DNA of 64,000 nt. Source: a virus. Below, piece after piece: positions 9,252 through 20,200 of this stretch. The stretch spans positions 23,751 through 87,750 of IMG/VR virus record IMGVR_UViG_3300032308_002578; one strand, written 5' to 3'. Each line of letters opens with the position of its first letter. Positions within the stretch are counted from its first letter, which is position 1. The notes under the pieces are model-generated. The model was not told where the DNA came from. It saw only the letters and a list, made by a program, of their open reading frames with translations, and made no database searches. Position numbers and translations under genes: made by a program.

Positions 9252-11123
9252 ATGTCCGGAAACTGGCTTCATAACATTAAACACGTTCAGCCCGGCGAAC
9301 CCGTCGAGGCTGGTGTCGTCGGTCGTCCGGATCGCACCCTTGAGGAGCGCACCGAGTATTTAAAAGACCGGCTCGACGCCGCCGAACTTGGGCGGGCGTT
9401 GTTTGACAGTGACGCCTCGATTGCGCCGGACGTTATGCCGGGCCATCCGGTGTACTGGAACTACGTCAGCCAGCGCTACGAAAAGGCTCTGGCCGCTGTC
9501 TCTGTTGAGCAAACGACACAGACACTGACTGTGCAGCCGTCCTCGGACTGCGTAGGCATCTGCTACCGCAAGAAGTCGTCCACGCTGGCCGACATCGTCC
9601 TGCGTGGCATCGTAGCTATCCCCGAGTTAACAAACGCCATCGGGCCGACCATTGCGCCCGGGCGGTATTACCTGTCCGCGGTCGAGCCGGGCAAACTCGT
9701 TCAACAGCGGCCCGCGGTAACTGTTTACGTTTGTTACGTGCAGGGCCCGAAGGACAACTGCTCGGACGTGCCGCGCGTGGTGGTCATGCCGCACGTGCGC
9801 GACTTCCTCGATGATCATACGCACTACCGGTTTGATCTGGTGTGTCAGCCCGCCGGCAATCTGGCAAGCACAATAGTTAACGATGTACAGCAAGTCAGCA
9901 TCTTGACCACCCCGCAGAGTCCGAATCTGCCCGGTTGGCTCCCGGCAAACCACGAGATTTTCGCTGGCAAGGCGCCCGCTGGTGCTGTGTTTGGTTACAA
10001 CCTGTCGCAGCATTTGGCGCTGTCGCGCGTCTGGCCGCCACTTCCCGTGCAATCCGTGGCCGTGCTGTGGGACAAGGGCCTCGACCACGTTGGCGCGACT
10101 GAGGTACCGCTAGGCCGCACCGGGCTCGTGACCTGTGACGTCAACGGTATTTGGTGGATGAGCAACTGTTACGGCGACACGCCGTGGCCTGCTAATTACA
10201 CCAGCGCACCGATTGAGGTCACAAACCCGCCTGTCGCCGAGTGCCCGCGCGAAGAGGGTATGCGCATTTCGGTTGTGTACTTGCGTATGCTGCTCAGCAA
10301 TGACCGCCGAATGGTGACAAAACTTGAGCCGGGACCGGACAGCCCGATCACAGTGACAAACTGCGACGGCCTGCCCGCGACCACTGGCGACCTTGAATTA
10401 AACCTCAACCTGCAAGTCGACCCCACCGAAATCAAAGGCGGCGAGGCGTTCAAGGCTGTCCTGAACGGGCGCAAACTGCAGAAGGGTTGGCTAGCCGAAG
10501 GTTTTATCGCGCACAACCAGCCGCAGGTAACAGTCACCAGTAGCCGCACGCGTAATTTGACTACGAACGAAAAAGATCTGCTGGAATTGCCGCTGACCGA
10601 TACGGTTGTCGCGCATCAGGGCTTAATCAATTTCAACTTCGACAACCAGTTTGCGGATCGGGAGATTTTGCCGCAAATCATCAGACTGAGCGACACGGTT
10701 GAGCGGCTGTACATGGATATCCCGTATCTGGGCTTCCCGGCCGGGCAGGCGTCGCTGCTGCGTATCCGATTGAACGTACCCGACGCCAATCTGGGTACAA
10801 ATTTGCAAATGAAAATCCGCGTGCGGTACTTCGGGCGCGGCACCGCGGCGCAGTCGATACCGGCGCTGTATATGACGTACCGCCGGCTTGTGAAACCCGC
10901 TACGACTGGCACGGGGCTGGTGCTGGAAGACAACACTGACGTGACGTTTAATTCAGTCGTAGCGCTTCCGGTTAATACCGTTGTCGAACGCGACAGTTCA
11001 AATTTTGATGTCGCTGAGGGCGACGTAGTCCTCGTAACTCTCGGCCGCGCGGATGGCGATAGCTACCCGGAAGTCGGCGTACTTCGTATCTCGGGGATTA
11101 TCTCTAAAAAGCCGACAGTGTAA
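9252..11123 (+). CDS. hypothetical virion protein
   Basis: GGAGG RBS then ATG at 9252 (MSGNWL); N-terminal V.RP.R.LEERTEYLKDRL resembles tail-fibre anchor segments. Confidence 0.7.
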   Translation: MSGNWLHNIKHVQPGEPVEAGVVGRPDRTLEERTEYLKDRLDAAELGRALFDSDASIAPDVMPGHPVYWNYVSQRYEKALAAVSVEQTTQTLTVQPSSDCVGICYRKKSSTLADIVLRGIVAIPELTNAIGPTIAPGRYYLSAVEPGKLVQQRPAVTVYVCYVQGPKDNCSDVPRVVVMPHVRDFLDDHTHYRFDLVCQPAGNLASTIVNDVQQVSILTTPQSPNLPGWLPANHEIFAGKAPAGAVFGYNLSQHLALSRVWPPLPVQSVAVLWDKGLDHVGATEVPLGRTGLVTCDVNGIWWMSNCYGDTPWPANYTSAPIEVTNPPVAECPREEGMRISVVYLRMLLSNDRRMVTKLEPGPDSPITVTNCDGLPATTGDLELNLNLQVDPTEIKGGEAFKAVLNGRKLQKGWLAEGFIAHNQPQVTVTSSRTRNLTTNEKDLLELPLTDTVVAHQGLINFNFDNQFADREILPQIIRLSDTVERLYMDIPYLGFPAGQASLLRIRLNVPDANLGTNLQMKIRVRYFGRGTAAQSIPALYMTYRRLVKPATTGTGLVLEDNTDVTFNSVVALPVNTVVERDSSNFDVAEGDVVLVTLGRADGDSYPEVGVLRISGIISKKPTV

Positions 11124-11131
11124 GGTGAGCC

Positions 11132-12076
11132 ATGCCTATCGGAAATTGGAACCTACAATGGCTCAACCACAACTCGCAGCGGTCGTACCCGCTGACTGAG
11201 CGGGCCACTAAGGTAGACACAACTGAAACTATCCGCATTCCCGACAGTTTCATTGTCGGGCTGTATTTTCCCGTCCATGCCGGCACGGCAGTTTCGCCTA
11301 GCAACTTTTTTGTTAAATCGCTGTTAATTGCTCCCACCGGCTTTAATATCGTCATCGGCTACAGTGACGGGACCACTACCGTCGACGTAGCCGCGGCGAA
11401 CGTAGTCCGCAGCAACTACCTGCCCAACAGGTCATACGCGCTGGGCGGACTCGATGGGTTTGACGAATCTGTCGGGCAGGTCGTGCTCGGACCGCTGGAC
11501 GAAATCAATCCGTTGCCGTACGGCCTGTATACGTTTACGCCAGAAGCCGGCGAACTGGAATCAGACGCCATTCGGCCGATGATTCGTGGCGTCAGTAGCC
11601 TGCGTGTCGTAAACGGACAAGAAACAAGCGCTGCCATCTACGGGCACGTCACGCTGGTGGCTGGGCCCAACATTCGGCTCGACGTGGGCACTGCGTCTGG
11701 CGGCGAAACCGAGATCACGTTCAGGGCCATCTCCGGCGAGAACCTGACGCAAGACTGCGCCTGCGATATTCCAGATTCGGGTGAGTGCATCCGGTGCATC
11801 AACGGCGTGTGCAGTACGGACGGCACATTTATTCTGGCCCAAGACGACTGTATTGAAATTACGCCAATTACAAACGGGCTGTCGTTCGCCGATACGTGCG
11901 CGCAGCCATGCTGCGGCTGCGCAGAACTGGACGCCATCACAACGCAAATCAATCGCTTTGGCGACGGCGTAACAACGCTGCAAAATTTTGTCACGCGGCT
12001 CGGGTCTGAAGTTACACAGATGAGCCTTGTCGTACTAGGCAGCAAATTGGGCGATTCCAGTTGCTCGGGAGGGTGA
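11132..12076 (+). CDS. Cys-rich virion protein, paralog 1
   Basis: WLNHNSQRSYPL; IRCINGV; CAQPCCGC. Confidence 0.75.
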   Translation: MPIGNWNLQWLNHNSQRSYPLTERATKVDTTETIRIPDSFIVGLYFPVHAGTAVSPSNFFVKSLLIAPTGFNIVIGYSDGTTTVDVAAANVVRSNYLPNRSYALGGLDGFDESVGQVVLGPLDEINPLPYGLYTFTPEAGELESDAIRPMIRGVSSLRVVNGQETSAAIYGHVTLVAGPNIRLDVGTASGGETEITFRAISGENLTQDCACDIPDSGECIRCINGVCSTDGTFILAQDDCIEITPITNGLSFADTCAQPCCGCAELDAITTQINRFGDGVTTLQNFVTRLGSEVTQMSLVVLGSKLGDSSCSGG

Positions 12077-12079
12077 GTC

Positions 12080-13600
12080 ATGGCGTGCCCAGATTTCGCC
12101 ATTTCCCAGTCCGGCCGCCGCGGGGTCGGCGTTATCCAAGCCCACAGCGGCTTGGACTATCCGTTCTTCGCCCCGTCGGAAGATATTCGCTATCTCGTCG
12201 CTGACTTTTATCTGGCGTACGAAGCCCCGGAAAGCGAATGGCGCAATCAGCCGCCATCCCCGCCGTTCCGCCTGCAATATCTTTACAATTTTGGCTGCAT
12301 TGTAAATACACGACCAGTCGGGTTTCCGGAAGAACCGGCCAACAGCTCAGGTATTATTGTCGTCGACGCGCATGACAATACAGTATTTGACTCAATCACT
12401 CAGCCGGCGGAGTACGCAGCGCGGGACTGGGGCGCCGACTACACGGTGATCGAATGGCGTACGGACACAGCGACGTGTCGGATGCTGATTTACAAGACAT
12501 GGCCTGAAACAGACGACAACAAACGCAATTACCCTGTCTATTTAGCGCCGCAACAGGCAGTGCTGGACGCCCGCACGCTCTACCGGATTCCAGACCGTGT
12601 AAAGTCGATCAGCGTTCGCAACGGCACAGCGCCATCGGAGCAGTTCCGCGGCGACATCGTTTTTCGCAACAGCTACAACACCGAAATTGTCGCCGGCGCT
12701 CCCGCTACGACTAATTTCAAAGTTACGACGCCAGTCACGTTCTCTGCTGTCCCGGGTTCAGGCGAAGGAAAATATCCCTGCGACGCAGATTTCAATATCA
12801 ATGATTTGCGTGTAATTACGCAAATCAATGGCCTGTCCGGGAATAACGGCGATTTTACATTGTCAGGCAAAGACTGCCTGTGGCTGCGACGCCCGACGAT
12901 TTACGCCGACGAAACGGCCACCGCGTCGCCAACAGCAAACCTTCAAATTGGTGCGGACTGTAAGCCGTGCTGCGCCTGCGAAGATTACGCCAGTACAGCG
13001 CTGTACATGAATAGTGTCCGCGACCGCTACAAACTGATCGGCACCCGCGCTGAGGCTGTGCGGTCGCGGCACGAGGAAAACATCGCGCGTTGGAACGAGT
13101 ATCGTATTTGCAGCGTGCAGTCGCCGTTGCGTTTAATTTTCGTGCCCCAGCGCTGCCCGTACATAGACGTAGTGCTGCTGCTTTGCAATCCGTGCCAGTC
13201 GTGCCTGCCGACCAGCACGCTGACGTTAACACTGACCGCTGAGGGCGACGCCGTCACATCCGCCGAAGAGCCAGTAACTGCCGAAATCGCCTGCGGTTAC
13301 ACGGCGATGTACGCCACTGGAATTAATGGCGCTGCAACGTCAATCGACACGACCGGCACGATGACGTACGCCGTCACGTTCCCGCAACTGCAACCGGGCG
13401 ATTCGGCTTATGTTAAATTCCGACTCAAGTTCTCATTGAAAGCGCCGTACCTTATTCGTGGCGCGCTGACTGGTGTACTTACTGTCTCTGAGCAACCTAT
13501 CACCATCGACTGTGACGGCGTTTCGACAGAACCGGCGCAGGCAGAAGCCGCACAGACGATCTACTGCGACGAAACCGGCAACACTGAGATGCCCTGTTAA
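12080..13600 (+). CDS. Cys-rich virion protein, paralog 2
   Basis: DYPF; ITQINGL...GDFTL; CKPCCAC. Confidence 0.75.
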   Translation: MACPDFAISQSGRRGVGVIQAHSGLDYPFFAPSEDIRYLVADFYLAYEAPESEWRNQPPSPPFRLQYLYNFGCIVNTRPVGFPEEPANSSGIIVVDAHDNTVFDSITQPAEYAARDWGADYTVIEWRTDTATCRMLIYKTWPETDDNKRNYPVYLAPQQAVLDARTLYRIPDRVKSISVRNGTAPSEQFRGDIVFRNSYNTEIVAGAPATTNFKVTTPVTFSAVPGSGEGKYPCDADFNINDLRVITQINGLSGNNGDFTLSGKDCLWLRRPTIYADETATASPTANLQIGADCKPCCACEDYASTALYMNSVRDRYKLIGTRAEAVRSRHEENIARWNEYRICSVQSPLRLIFVPQRCPYIDVVLLLCNPCQSCLPTSTLTLTLTAEGDAVTSAEEPVTAEIACGYTAMYATGINGAATSIDTTGTMTYAVTFPQLQPGDSAYVKFRLKFSLKAPYLIRGALTGVLTVSEQPITIDCDGVSTEPAQAEAAQTIYCDETGNTEMPC

Positions 13601-13602
13601 TC

Positions 13603-15222
13603 ATGTCTATCCGTAATCAAAACTGGTACAACCTGCAATCGACACGGCGCTACCCGCTGGACGAAACCAGCACGGGCGACGGCGATGACGGCACGACTAT
13701 GCGCGACGACATTCTCGTCGATTGCCATATTCGTTTCCCCAGCACCTACGGCGAATACCTGTACGTGCAGGGCATTACCGTGTCGGCTGGTCTGGTTACG
13801 GTACTCTTCGGAGCAGCAAACAATTTACAAGCCGCTACGGGCGTGACGATTGCGACAGTAGCGCTGCCGAAACCCGTAGCGCCTAGCGTCAATTACGCCG
13901 TGACTGGATTGATTCCCGGTGTATCTGGCTGGGTGGTGTTCGGCCCGGGTATCGACACAAATTTTGTCGGGCGTTACACAAAGCCCAGCCAGAGTCTGGT
14001 GGCTCCTCGCTGCGGCCGGCCGATTCGCGCGCTGCCGATTCCGACGATGGGCAAACTCGGCGTCGCAACATCGCTACAAGGGCTTGTCACTTTAAATGCG
14101 GTGACGCCGGTCAAAGTCACGTACAAAGAAAATGCCGGCGACGTGGTCCTTGGCGCTAATGGTCACATTATTCGGCAGGCCAAGCAGGCGCTCATATTTG
14201 AATTAGATCAGTCGCTCGCCAACGACACCTACAATCCGCTGTCGTTGTTTTTGGGTCCGTGTAGCCAGCGCCCCGAAAGTGGCACATGCCCCAAGACGCC
14301 GATTGAGTCAATTAACGGCGTCACGCCGGATTGCGACGGTAATATTGAAATTGAATTCCCAGGTTTTACGGCGCGCGATATTTCTTGCGGGTATTCCTGT
14401 TGCGGCGTCGATGTACTAGCTGACGTAAGTCTGTCGGAAACGTGCTTGGCTGGGCTGCCAGATCCGCAAAAACAGTTCACAGACATCTGCTGCACGCCGC
14501 AACCAAACACGCCTGTTGATGAGTATTGCTGGGCTGACCCGACGCCAAATATCGACGTAGTTATCGATGATCCGCTGCAATTTAATTACACCTGCGCGAC
14601 GTTGCCCGTGTGCCTCGATTTTTCATCCTGCGCCGAGCCGATTGACATGCTCACGGCGTCGGGTTCGTTCATGCCCGTGCAGACCGAGGCGCCGGATTTG
14701 TGTAACAGCCCAAACACGTCCGGCAATCACTTCACCTACGCCGCGATCGGCAATGCGCTTAATCTTGCGTTATTTAAAAACTGCACATCAGATTGGGCGT
14801 TGAATCACACGATCCGTACGCAATTAAAAATTAGCGCAAAAGGCATAAACCGAAATGGCGGTCTCGTATTGAACTACCGGCAAGAAGTCGGCACTGCGGC
14901 GCTCCGCACGACATACATCGTCGTGCTGCTTGACGTAAATCGCCACCGGTTGCGTGTGCTGCGATATACAGGCAGTAGTTTTATTGAAGAACATTTCGTC
15001 ACAATCAGCGCTAAGACTAATACGTGGTACACCATCTCAGCCACACCGATTGCCAACGAAAACGACACGGTGACGCTTGAGTTTGCGGCTGCGGTGCTGG
15101 ACGGGAGTAAGCCCACGGTTACCGGCAGCGTCACACTAAGCCAATACGGCACGCCGACCGGCCAAGCGGGCATATTTACTCGCCAGTCTTATGCGTATTT
15201 CAACCAGTTTAGAATCGATTAA
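13603..15222 (+). CDS. Cys-rich virion protein, paralog 3, with a C-terminal beta-sandwich (lectin-like) domain
   Basis: NWYNLQSTRRYPL; IESINGVTPDCDGNI; C-terminal GQAGIFT...AYFNQFRID. Confidence 0.7.
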   Translation: MSIRNQNWYNLQSTRRYPLDETSTGDGDDGTTMRDDILVDCHIRFPSTYGEYLYVQGITVSAGLVTVLFGAANNLQAATGVTIATVALPKPVAPSVNYAVTGLIPGVSGWVVFGPGIDTNFVGRYTKPSQSLVAPRCGRPIRALPIPTMGKLGVATSLQGLVTLNAVTPVKVTYKENAGDVVLGANGHIIRQAKQALIFELDQSLANDTYNPLSLFLGPCSQRPESGTCPKTPIESINGVTPDCDGNIEIEFPGFTARDISCGYSCCGVDVLADVSLSETCLAGLPDPQKQFTDICCTPQPNTPVDEYCWADPTPNIDVVIDDPLQFNYTCATLPVCLDFSSCAEPIDMLTASGSFMPVQTEAPDLCNSPNTSGNHFTYAAIGNALNLALFKNCTSDWALNHTIRTQLKISAKGINRNGGLVLNYRQEVGTAALRTTYIVVLLDVNRHRLRVLRYTGSSFIEEHFVTISAKTNTWYTISATPIANENDTVTLEFAAAVLDGSKPTVTGSVTLSQYGTPTGQAGIFTRQSYAYFNQFRID

Positions 15223-15224
15223 TC

Positions 15225-16019
15225 ATGGCAGACGCGCGCATACTATTTCCAGAGTTTCGCGACGAGCAGTCGGATTCAAAGTATCCGTTTGCGGATTACG
15301 TCACGCTTGCCGCGAACGAACGCGCGGTCACTATCGCCAGCGATACATTTGTCGACGCCACGTTTTTTCCGATTGACGCTGGCGCTGGTTTGTACATCTC
15401 TGCCATTACAGTCACGGCACAAACTATTTCAATCGCGGTAGGCGACCGCAACACACCTGCGCTGATTACAAGCACGTACTCTGCGCCGTCTCCGCCAGCC
15501 GACGGCGTATTACCGTTTTTTGACACGTATGGCCGGCCAGCCGGCATGCTGTTGTCGACCCCGCTGAATCTTGGGCGGCTTTCAACGTGGCTAGAGGGTA
15601 CATATACGTTTGACCGCACTGCCACGGAATTTGTTGCCACCGTTTGCATACCCGCGCGGGAGCCGGGCGTACGCGGCATTTTGACGCCAGCCGGCGAATT
15701 ACTGGCAGGTGACGTGTGGTTGGTCGGCGACGCTGGCGTGATTATTCGCGGCGCCGAAGAAAGCGGCATTCGCGTCGACGTAATCGGCGTGCCGCTCTTT
15801 AAGCGGTTTGTCTGCGAGCCGCTCGACGACTTTCCCGCCAAGAATTACTTGCGCACGATCAACGGCTGCGGCCCTGATCAGTTCGGCAATTTTACAATTA
15901 CCGCAACTGGACAGGGCGTCAACGCGCGGACAGCCGGTACGAAAGACGACACAGTGTTGCGTGTTTACCCGCAGAACGGAACAATCGTATTCGACACCGT
16001 CGGTAGGAGTACGAACTAA
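15225..16019 (+). CDS. virion protein, paralog 4
   Basis: EFRDEQSDSKYPF; LRTINGCGPDQFGNFTI. Confidence 0.75.
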   Translation: MADARILFPEFRDEQSDSKYPFADYVTLAANERAVTIASDTFVDATFFPIDAGAGLYISAITVTAQTISIAVGDRNTPALITSTYSAPSPPADGVLPFFDTYGRPAGMLLSTPLNLGRLSTWLEGTYTFDRTATEFVATVCIPAREPGVRGILTPAGELLAGDVWLVGDAGVIIRGAEESGIRVDVIGVPLFKRFVCEPLDDFPAKNYLRTINGCGPDQFGNFTITATGQGVNARTAGTKDDTVLRVYPQNGTIVFDTVGRSTN

Positions 16020-17257
16020 TGCCTCGTCCCGGATTTTACAACGACAACGAATATCGCGCGTATCCGTTCATTTACACGGGCAGCGCTGATACTTCGTTGC
16101 CAACTAGCCTCATTGTAGACGCCGGCGTTGTTATGGGGCTGGATGCAGAATTCGACCCGGCCAGCCACAGTGTGTGGCTCAGCAGTATTGCGCGCATAAA
16201 TCAAATGCTGACAGTTGAATTTGCCACAGACGCGCCCGGCGCGCTAGAGGTGCCGCTCCAATTTACTATGACCATCGCCGACAACGTGTGGCAAACAGGG
16301 TTCGCAGAAACGCGCACGGCAGATCTTACCGCGGTGCCGTGCGCTGCCGAACCCATTTGGGAGGGATTTTTAACGACAGGCGCGCTGGCGGCCGATTTGG
16401 ACCCGTATTTCATAATTACATTTGCCGCGAACCAGCACCAACTCGAACCAGCGCGAATTCAAAATCTCGCCAAATCGTATTTACGCTCTATTAGCGTCGG
16501 TAATTTTGCCAGAACAACCATTCCGGCCTGCGACACGCTCAACAATACAAACCGTCCGATTGTGTTAAACACCGAGTGCATACAAGGCGACATTCGATTT
16601 AGAGAAGGGTATAACTGCGCCATTACGCAAACAGATCGTAATCGCGAAATTAGTATTGCCGCGACAAAAGGCGCTGGCGCTGGCGCGACAGGCGACGAAC
16701 TGTGCGAAAAAAGCGGCGAATTGCCGCTGTATACCGGCGAACAGTTACCGCTCGGCCCGATTAAAGAGACAACTTTTATCGCAGCTTTTGATGTTCATGG
16801 TCAAAATCCGCCAACTGACGAGCAACTTGCAGGCTTGTTGCCAGCCACGTGCGCCGGAAACAAGACTGGTGATACATACGGCTGGAAATCAGATCTTAAA
16901 CAAGCGCCCGACGTCGTACCGCCGCTACTCTACTACGATGCGCGTTATTACACATGGAACAATATAAGCTGGATGCAGTCGTCAATTGTACGATTTAATG
17001 AAATTGTAAGCGAAAACGTCGCGGCGCCGGCGCGCGAGTTTGAAGACTTCCCGACACACATGCCGCCTGACGTGCAATCTGTGCAGGCGTTTTTAAGTGG
17101 TGGCCCGCGGTGTTGCGAACTAATTACCACAATAAACGGCGCAGGTGGCCGCACGCTTAATATCATTGGCGGTACAGGCGTTCAAATCGGTACAGCGCCG
17201 CACAAGATCACTGTGACGCTCAATACAAACTCACAAAATAGTTGCGCTACGCCATGA
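16019..17257 (+). CDS. virion protein, paralog 5
   Basis: GFYNDNEYRAYPF; ITTINGAG; TAATG coupling. Confidence 0.75.
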   Translation: MPRPGFYNDNEYRAYPFIYTGSADTSLPTSLIVDAGVVMGLDAEFDPASHSVWLSSIARINQMLTVEFATDAPGALEVPLQFTMTIADNVWQTGFAETRTADLTAVPCAAEPIWEGFLTTGALAADLDPYFIITFAANQHQLEPARIQNLAKSYLRSISVGNFARTTIPACDTLNNTNRPIVLNTECIQGDIRFREGYNCAITQTDRNREISIAATKGAGAGATGDELCEKSGELPLYTGEQLPLGPIKETTFIAAFDVHGQNPPTDEQLAGLLPATCAGNKTGDTYGWKSDLKQAPDVVPPLLYYDARYYTWNNISWMQSSIVRFNEIVSENVAAPAREFEDFPTHMPPDVQSVQAFLSGGPRCCELITTINGAGGRTLNIIGGTGVQIGTAPHKITVTLNTNSQNSCATP

Positions 17258-20200
17258 GCGAAAATTTATTTAAAGACTCGCAGTGCCCGATTCAGGACGT
17301 CCCGGCCGTCGACTTCGATTTCATCACAATCGACGTCTGCTCGCCGGTCCCGATCCCGCCACCTATTTTCGGCTGCATGACGCCGGTCGTGCCGCGCGAG
17401 CCGGACACGGAACTCGGCCTGAAGTGCCCGGCGTTTGCGACAACAACTGACATTGCAGTCGGGTACGTCGGCGATGGAAATACCGATTGCGGTGTCGACC
17501 CGAATCCGCGCCTCACGCTCGCGTTCGTCAAGACAGCCATTGATCCGTGCAATTACGAGGTCGCGGTAGACCTTAACGTGCCGATTCCTAGACCGCCGTG
17601 TGCGCCGACGGTTACGGCTGGTGAATTTATCGTCGAGGCCGGTTTTGACGACTGCGTCGCGCCGGGCGGAGCAATTTTGGTCACGAAGAACACCACGCCG
17701 GGCGATTGCACAACGCCCGACCAGTGCGAGTTCGTCATCGATTTCAATTTGAATGTGCCGATTCCCCGCACGCCCTGCCCCGTAATCGACGCCGGAGTGT
17801 TTAAAGTCTCTTCCGGTTATTCCGATTCGCCGTGCATGCAGAACACGAACAACAGGTTCTCAATCCGGTCAAATGTCATTCCCGGGAGTTGCAACGTCGC
17901 CGACCAGTGCGAATTTCTGGTCGATCTTGAAATTGCCGTACCGATCCCTCGCACGCCCTGCCCGGAAATCAACCTCAATAATTTTGCTGTCAGCAGCGGT
18001 TATCAAGATGCCGCGTGCATGCAGGATAAGCAAAACAAATTCAGCATTGTGGCAACCAACATTCCGGGTGACTGCAATACACCGGACCGGTGCGCGTTCG
18101 ACGTTGAACTTGAAATTGCTATTCCAATTCCGCGGACACCGTGCCCAGAAATTGGCATTACAGCACTATCGGTGTCGACGGGGTACAACGACTCGGCGTG
18201 CGTGACCGACAAAGACAACCGGTTTGAAATCACTACCCGGCATGTTCCGGGCGTAGATTGCAACGACCCGGGTACTTGCAGTTTCGATATCGAGTTGGAG
18301 TTAGTCGTTCCAATTCCAAAACCGCCGTGCCCGGAAATTAATATTACAAAATTTTCGGTGTCGACGGGGTACAACGACTCGGCGTGCGTGACCGACAAAG
18401 ACAACCGGTTTGAAATCACTACCCGGCATGTTCCGGGCGTAGATTGCAACGACCCGGGTACTTGCAGTTTCGATGTCGAATTGGAGCTAGTCGTTCCGGT
18501 TCCGAAACCGACGTGCCCAAACATTTACGTCAACAAATTCGAGATCACTGCCGGCTATTCGCAGCAGGCGTGCGTCAAAGACAAAGACAGTAAATTTGAG
18601 ATTATCGCGACGACGACGCCGAGCACAGATTGCAACACGCCGGACGCATGTGATTTTGAAATCAATCTGGAACTGTACGTTCCGATTCCAGAAACGCCGT
18701 GTCCTGAGATCAACGTTAATAAATTTGAAGTAGTTACCGCGTACGCTGGGTCGTCGTGCCTGATTAACAAGACAAACACGTTCGTTATTACGTCGACAAA
18801 AAAGCCCGGCGCCGGTTGCAATGATCCTGAGACGTGCGCGTTCGACGTAGAACTTGAGATCTATGTGCCGGTTCCGCCGCCGCCCTGCGTCGAGTTAAAC
18901 GCGGGAGTTGTTACTGTCTATTCTGGCTATGCGGGTTTTGAGTGCGTCAACAAAACCAGTGAATTACGAATTACCAAAACTACGACGCCGGCAGAGGGGT
19001 GTGATACGCCGGACACGTGCTCGTTCGATATCGACATTGACGTCGTTGTGCCAATTCCGTTGCCGCCGTGCCCTATTATCTCGAACAGCAGCACGTTCTT
19101 CACGCGCTACTCCGACGTGCCAGCGGTGCGGCAGGGTAGTTTTTTTAGGCTGATCACGCTTCCGCCGACGCCCGACTGTCAAGACCCCGGCACATGCGTG
19201 TATGTGCTCGATATTAACGTAGATACTGTTATGCCGCGGCCGCCGTGCCCGGAGTTCAACAAACAGAACATCAGAATCACGGCGGAGTACGACAATTGGA
19301 ATAACCTCAATTTCAATATCACGCCGAACCACGAACTCAATATCGGTACCAACGATCCGCCAGAGTGCAAATACGACATCGATCTTGAAATTGATGTAAA
19401 CATCCCGCGCCCGCCATGCACGGAAATCATTGACGGCGGCGTGTACAACAAAGGCGAACTTGTCGGGCGTTTCATCATTCAGCCCAATTTTTCTCCGGGC
19501 GATTACTGCATCAATACGCTCGGCCTCGATCTTAACCTGTGCGAAACAGAAATCGCGTTCGACCCAACAGGGGCGAAGACCGGTGGCCCTGCCGACAATT
19601 TCAAAATTTGGTATCACGACAAGGGCGAACCGTGCTCGATCGAGCCGCGTTTTGAACTGTTCATTGCGCGCGATGAAATAGACAAGTGCAAGTGGTGGAT
19701 TTCGCCGTACGTCAAAATTTGTATTGAGCAGCCCAAATTTATCGTAGACGACACGGTATACGAAGGCTGCACCTCCAGCAGCGGTGTCTATCAGCCTATT
19801 GACGAAGTAACACTTGAGACTACGACCACCGGCGGTCAGGGCGAGGAGCCGGCTGACATCAAGCACCAACTCACCGTTAAAATGAATTGCCTGCAGCCGG
19901 GCACAGTTACAATTTCGCCCAGCAGCATTGGCAGCGGCACGCTTGAGATTGCCGAAAATAAAATCAATCTTAACTTAGAGTTTAATGTTACAGACTGCCC
20001 GACAAGCGGCGGTTCAGGCGGCAGCGGTTCAGGCAGCGGTGGTTCAGGCGGCGGTGGCGGTTCTTGCGGCGGGCAAGGTGACCCCGGACCCACAGGCCCA
20101 GAAGGGCCGCAAGGGCGACCGGGCCAAAAAGGCGACAAAGGCGACAAAGGAAATGACGGACCGGCTGGGCCGGCAGGCCCGATGGGTCCTATGGGCTTGC

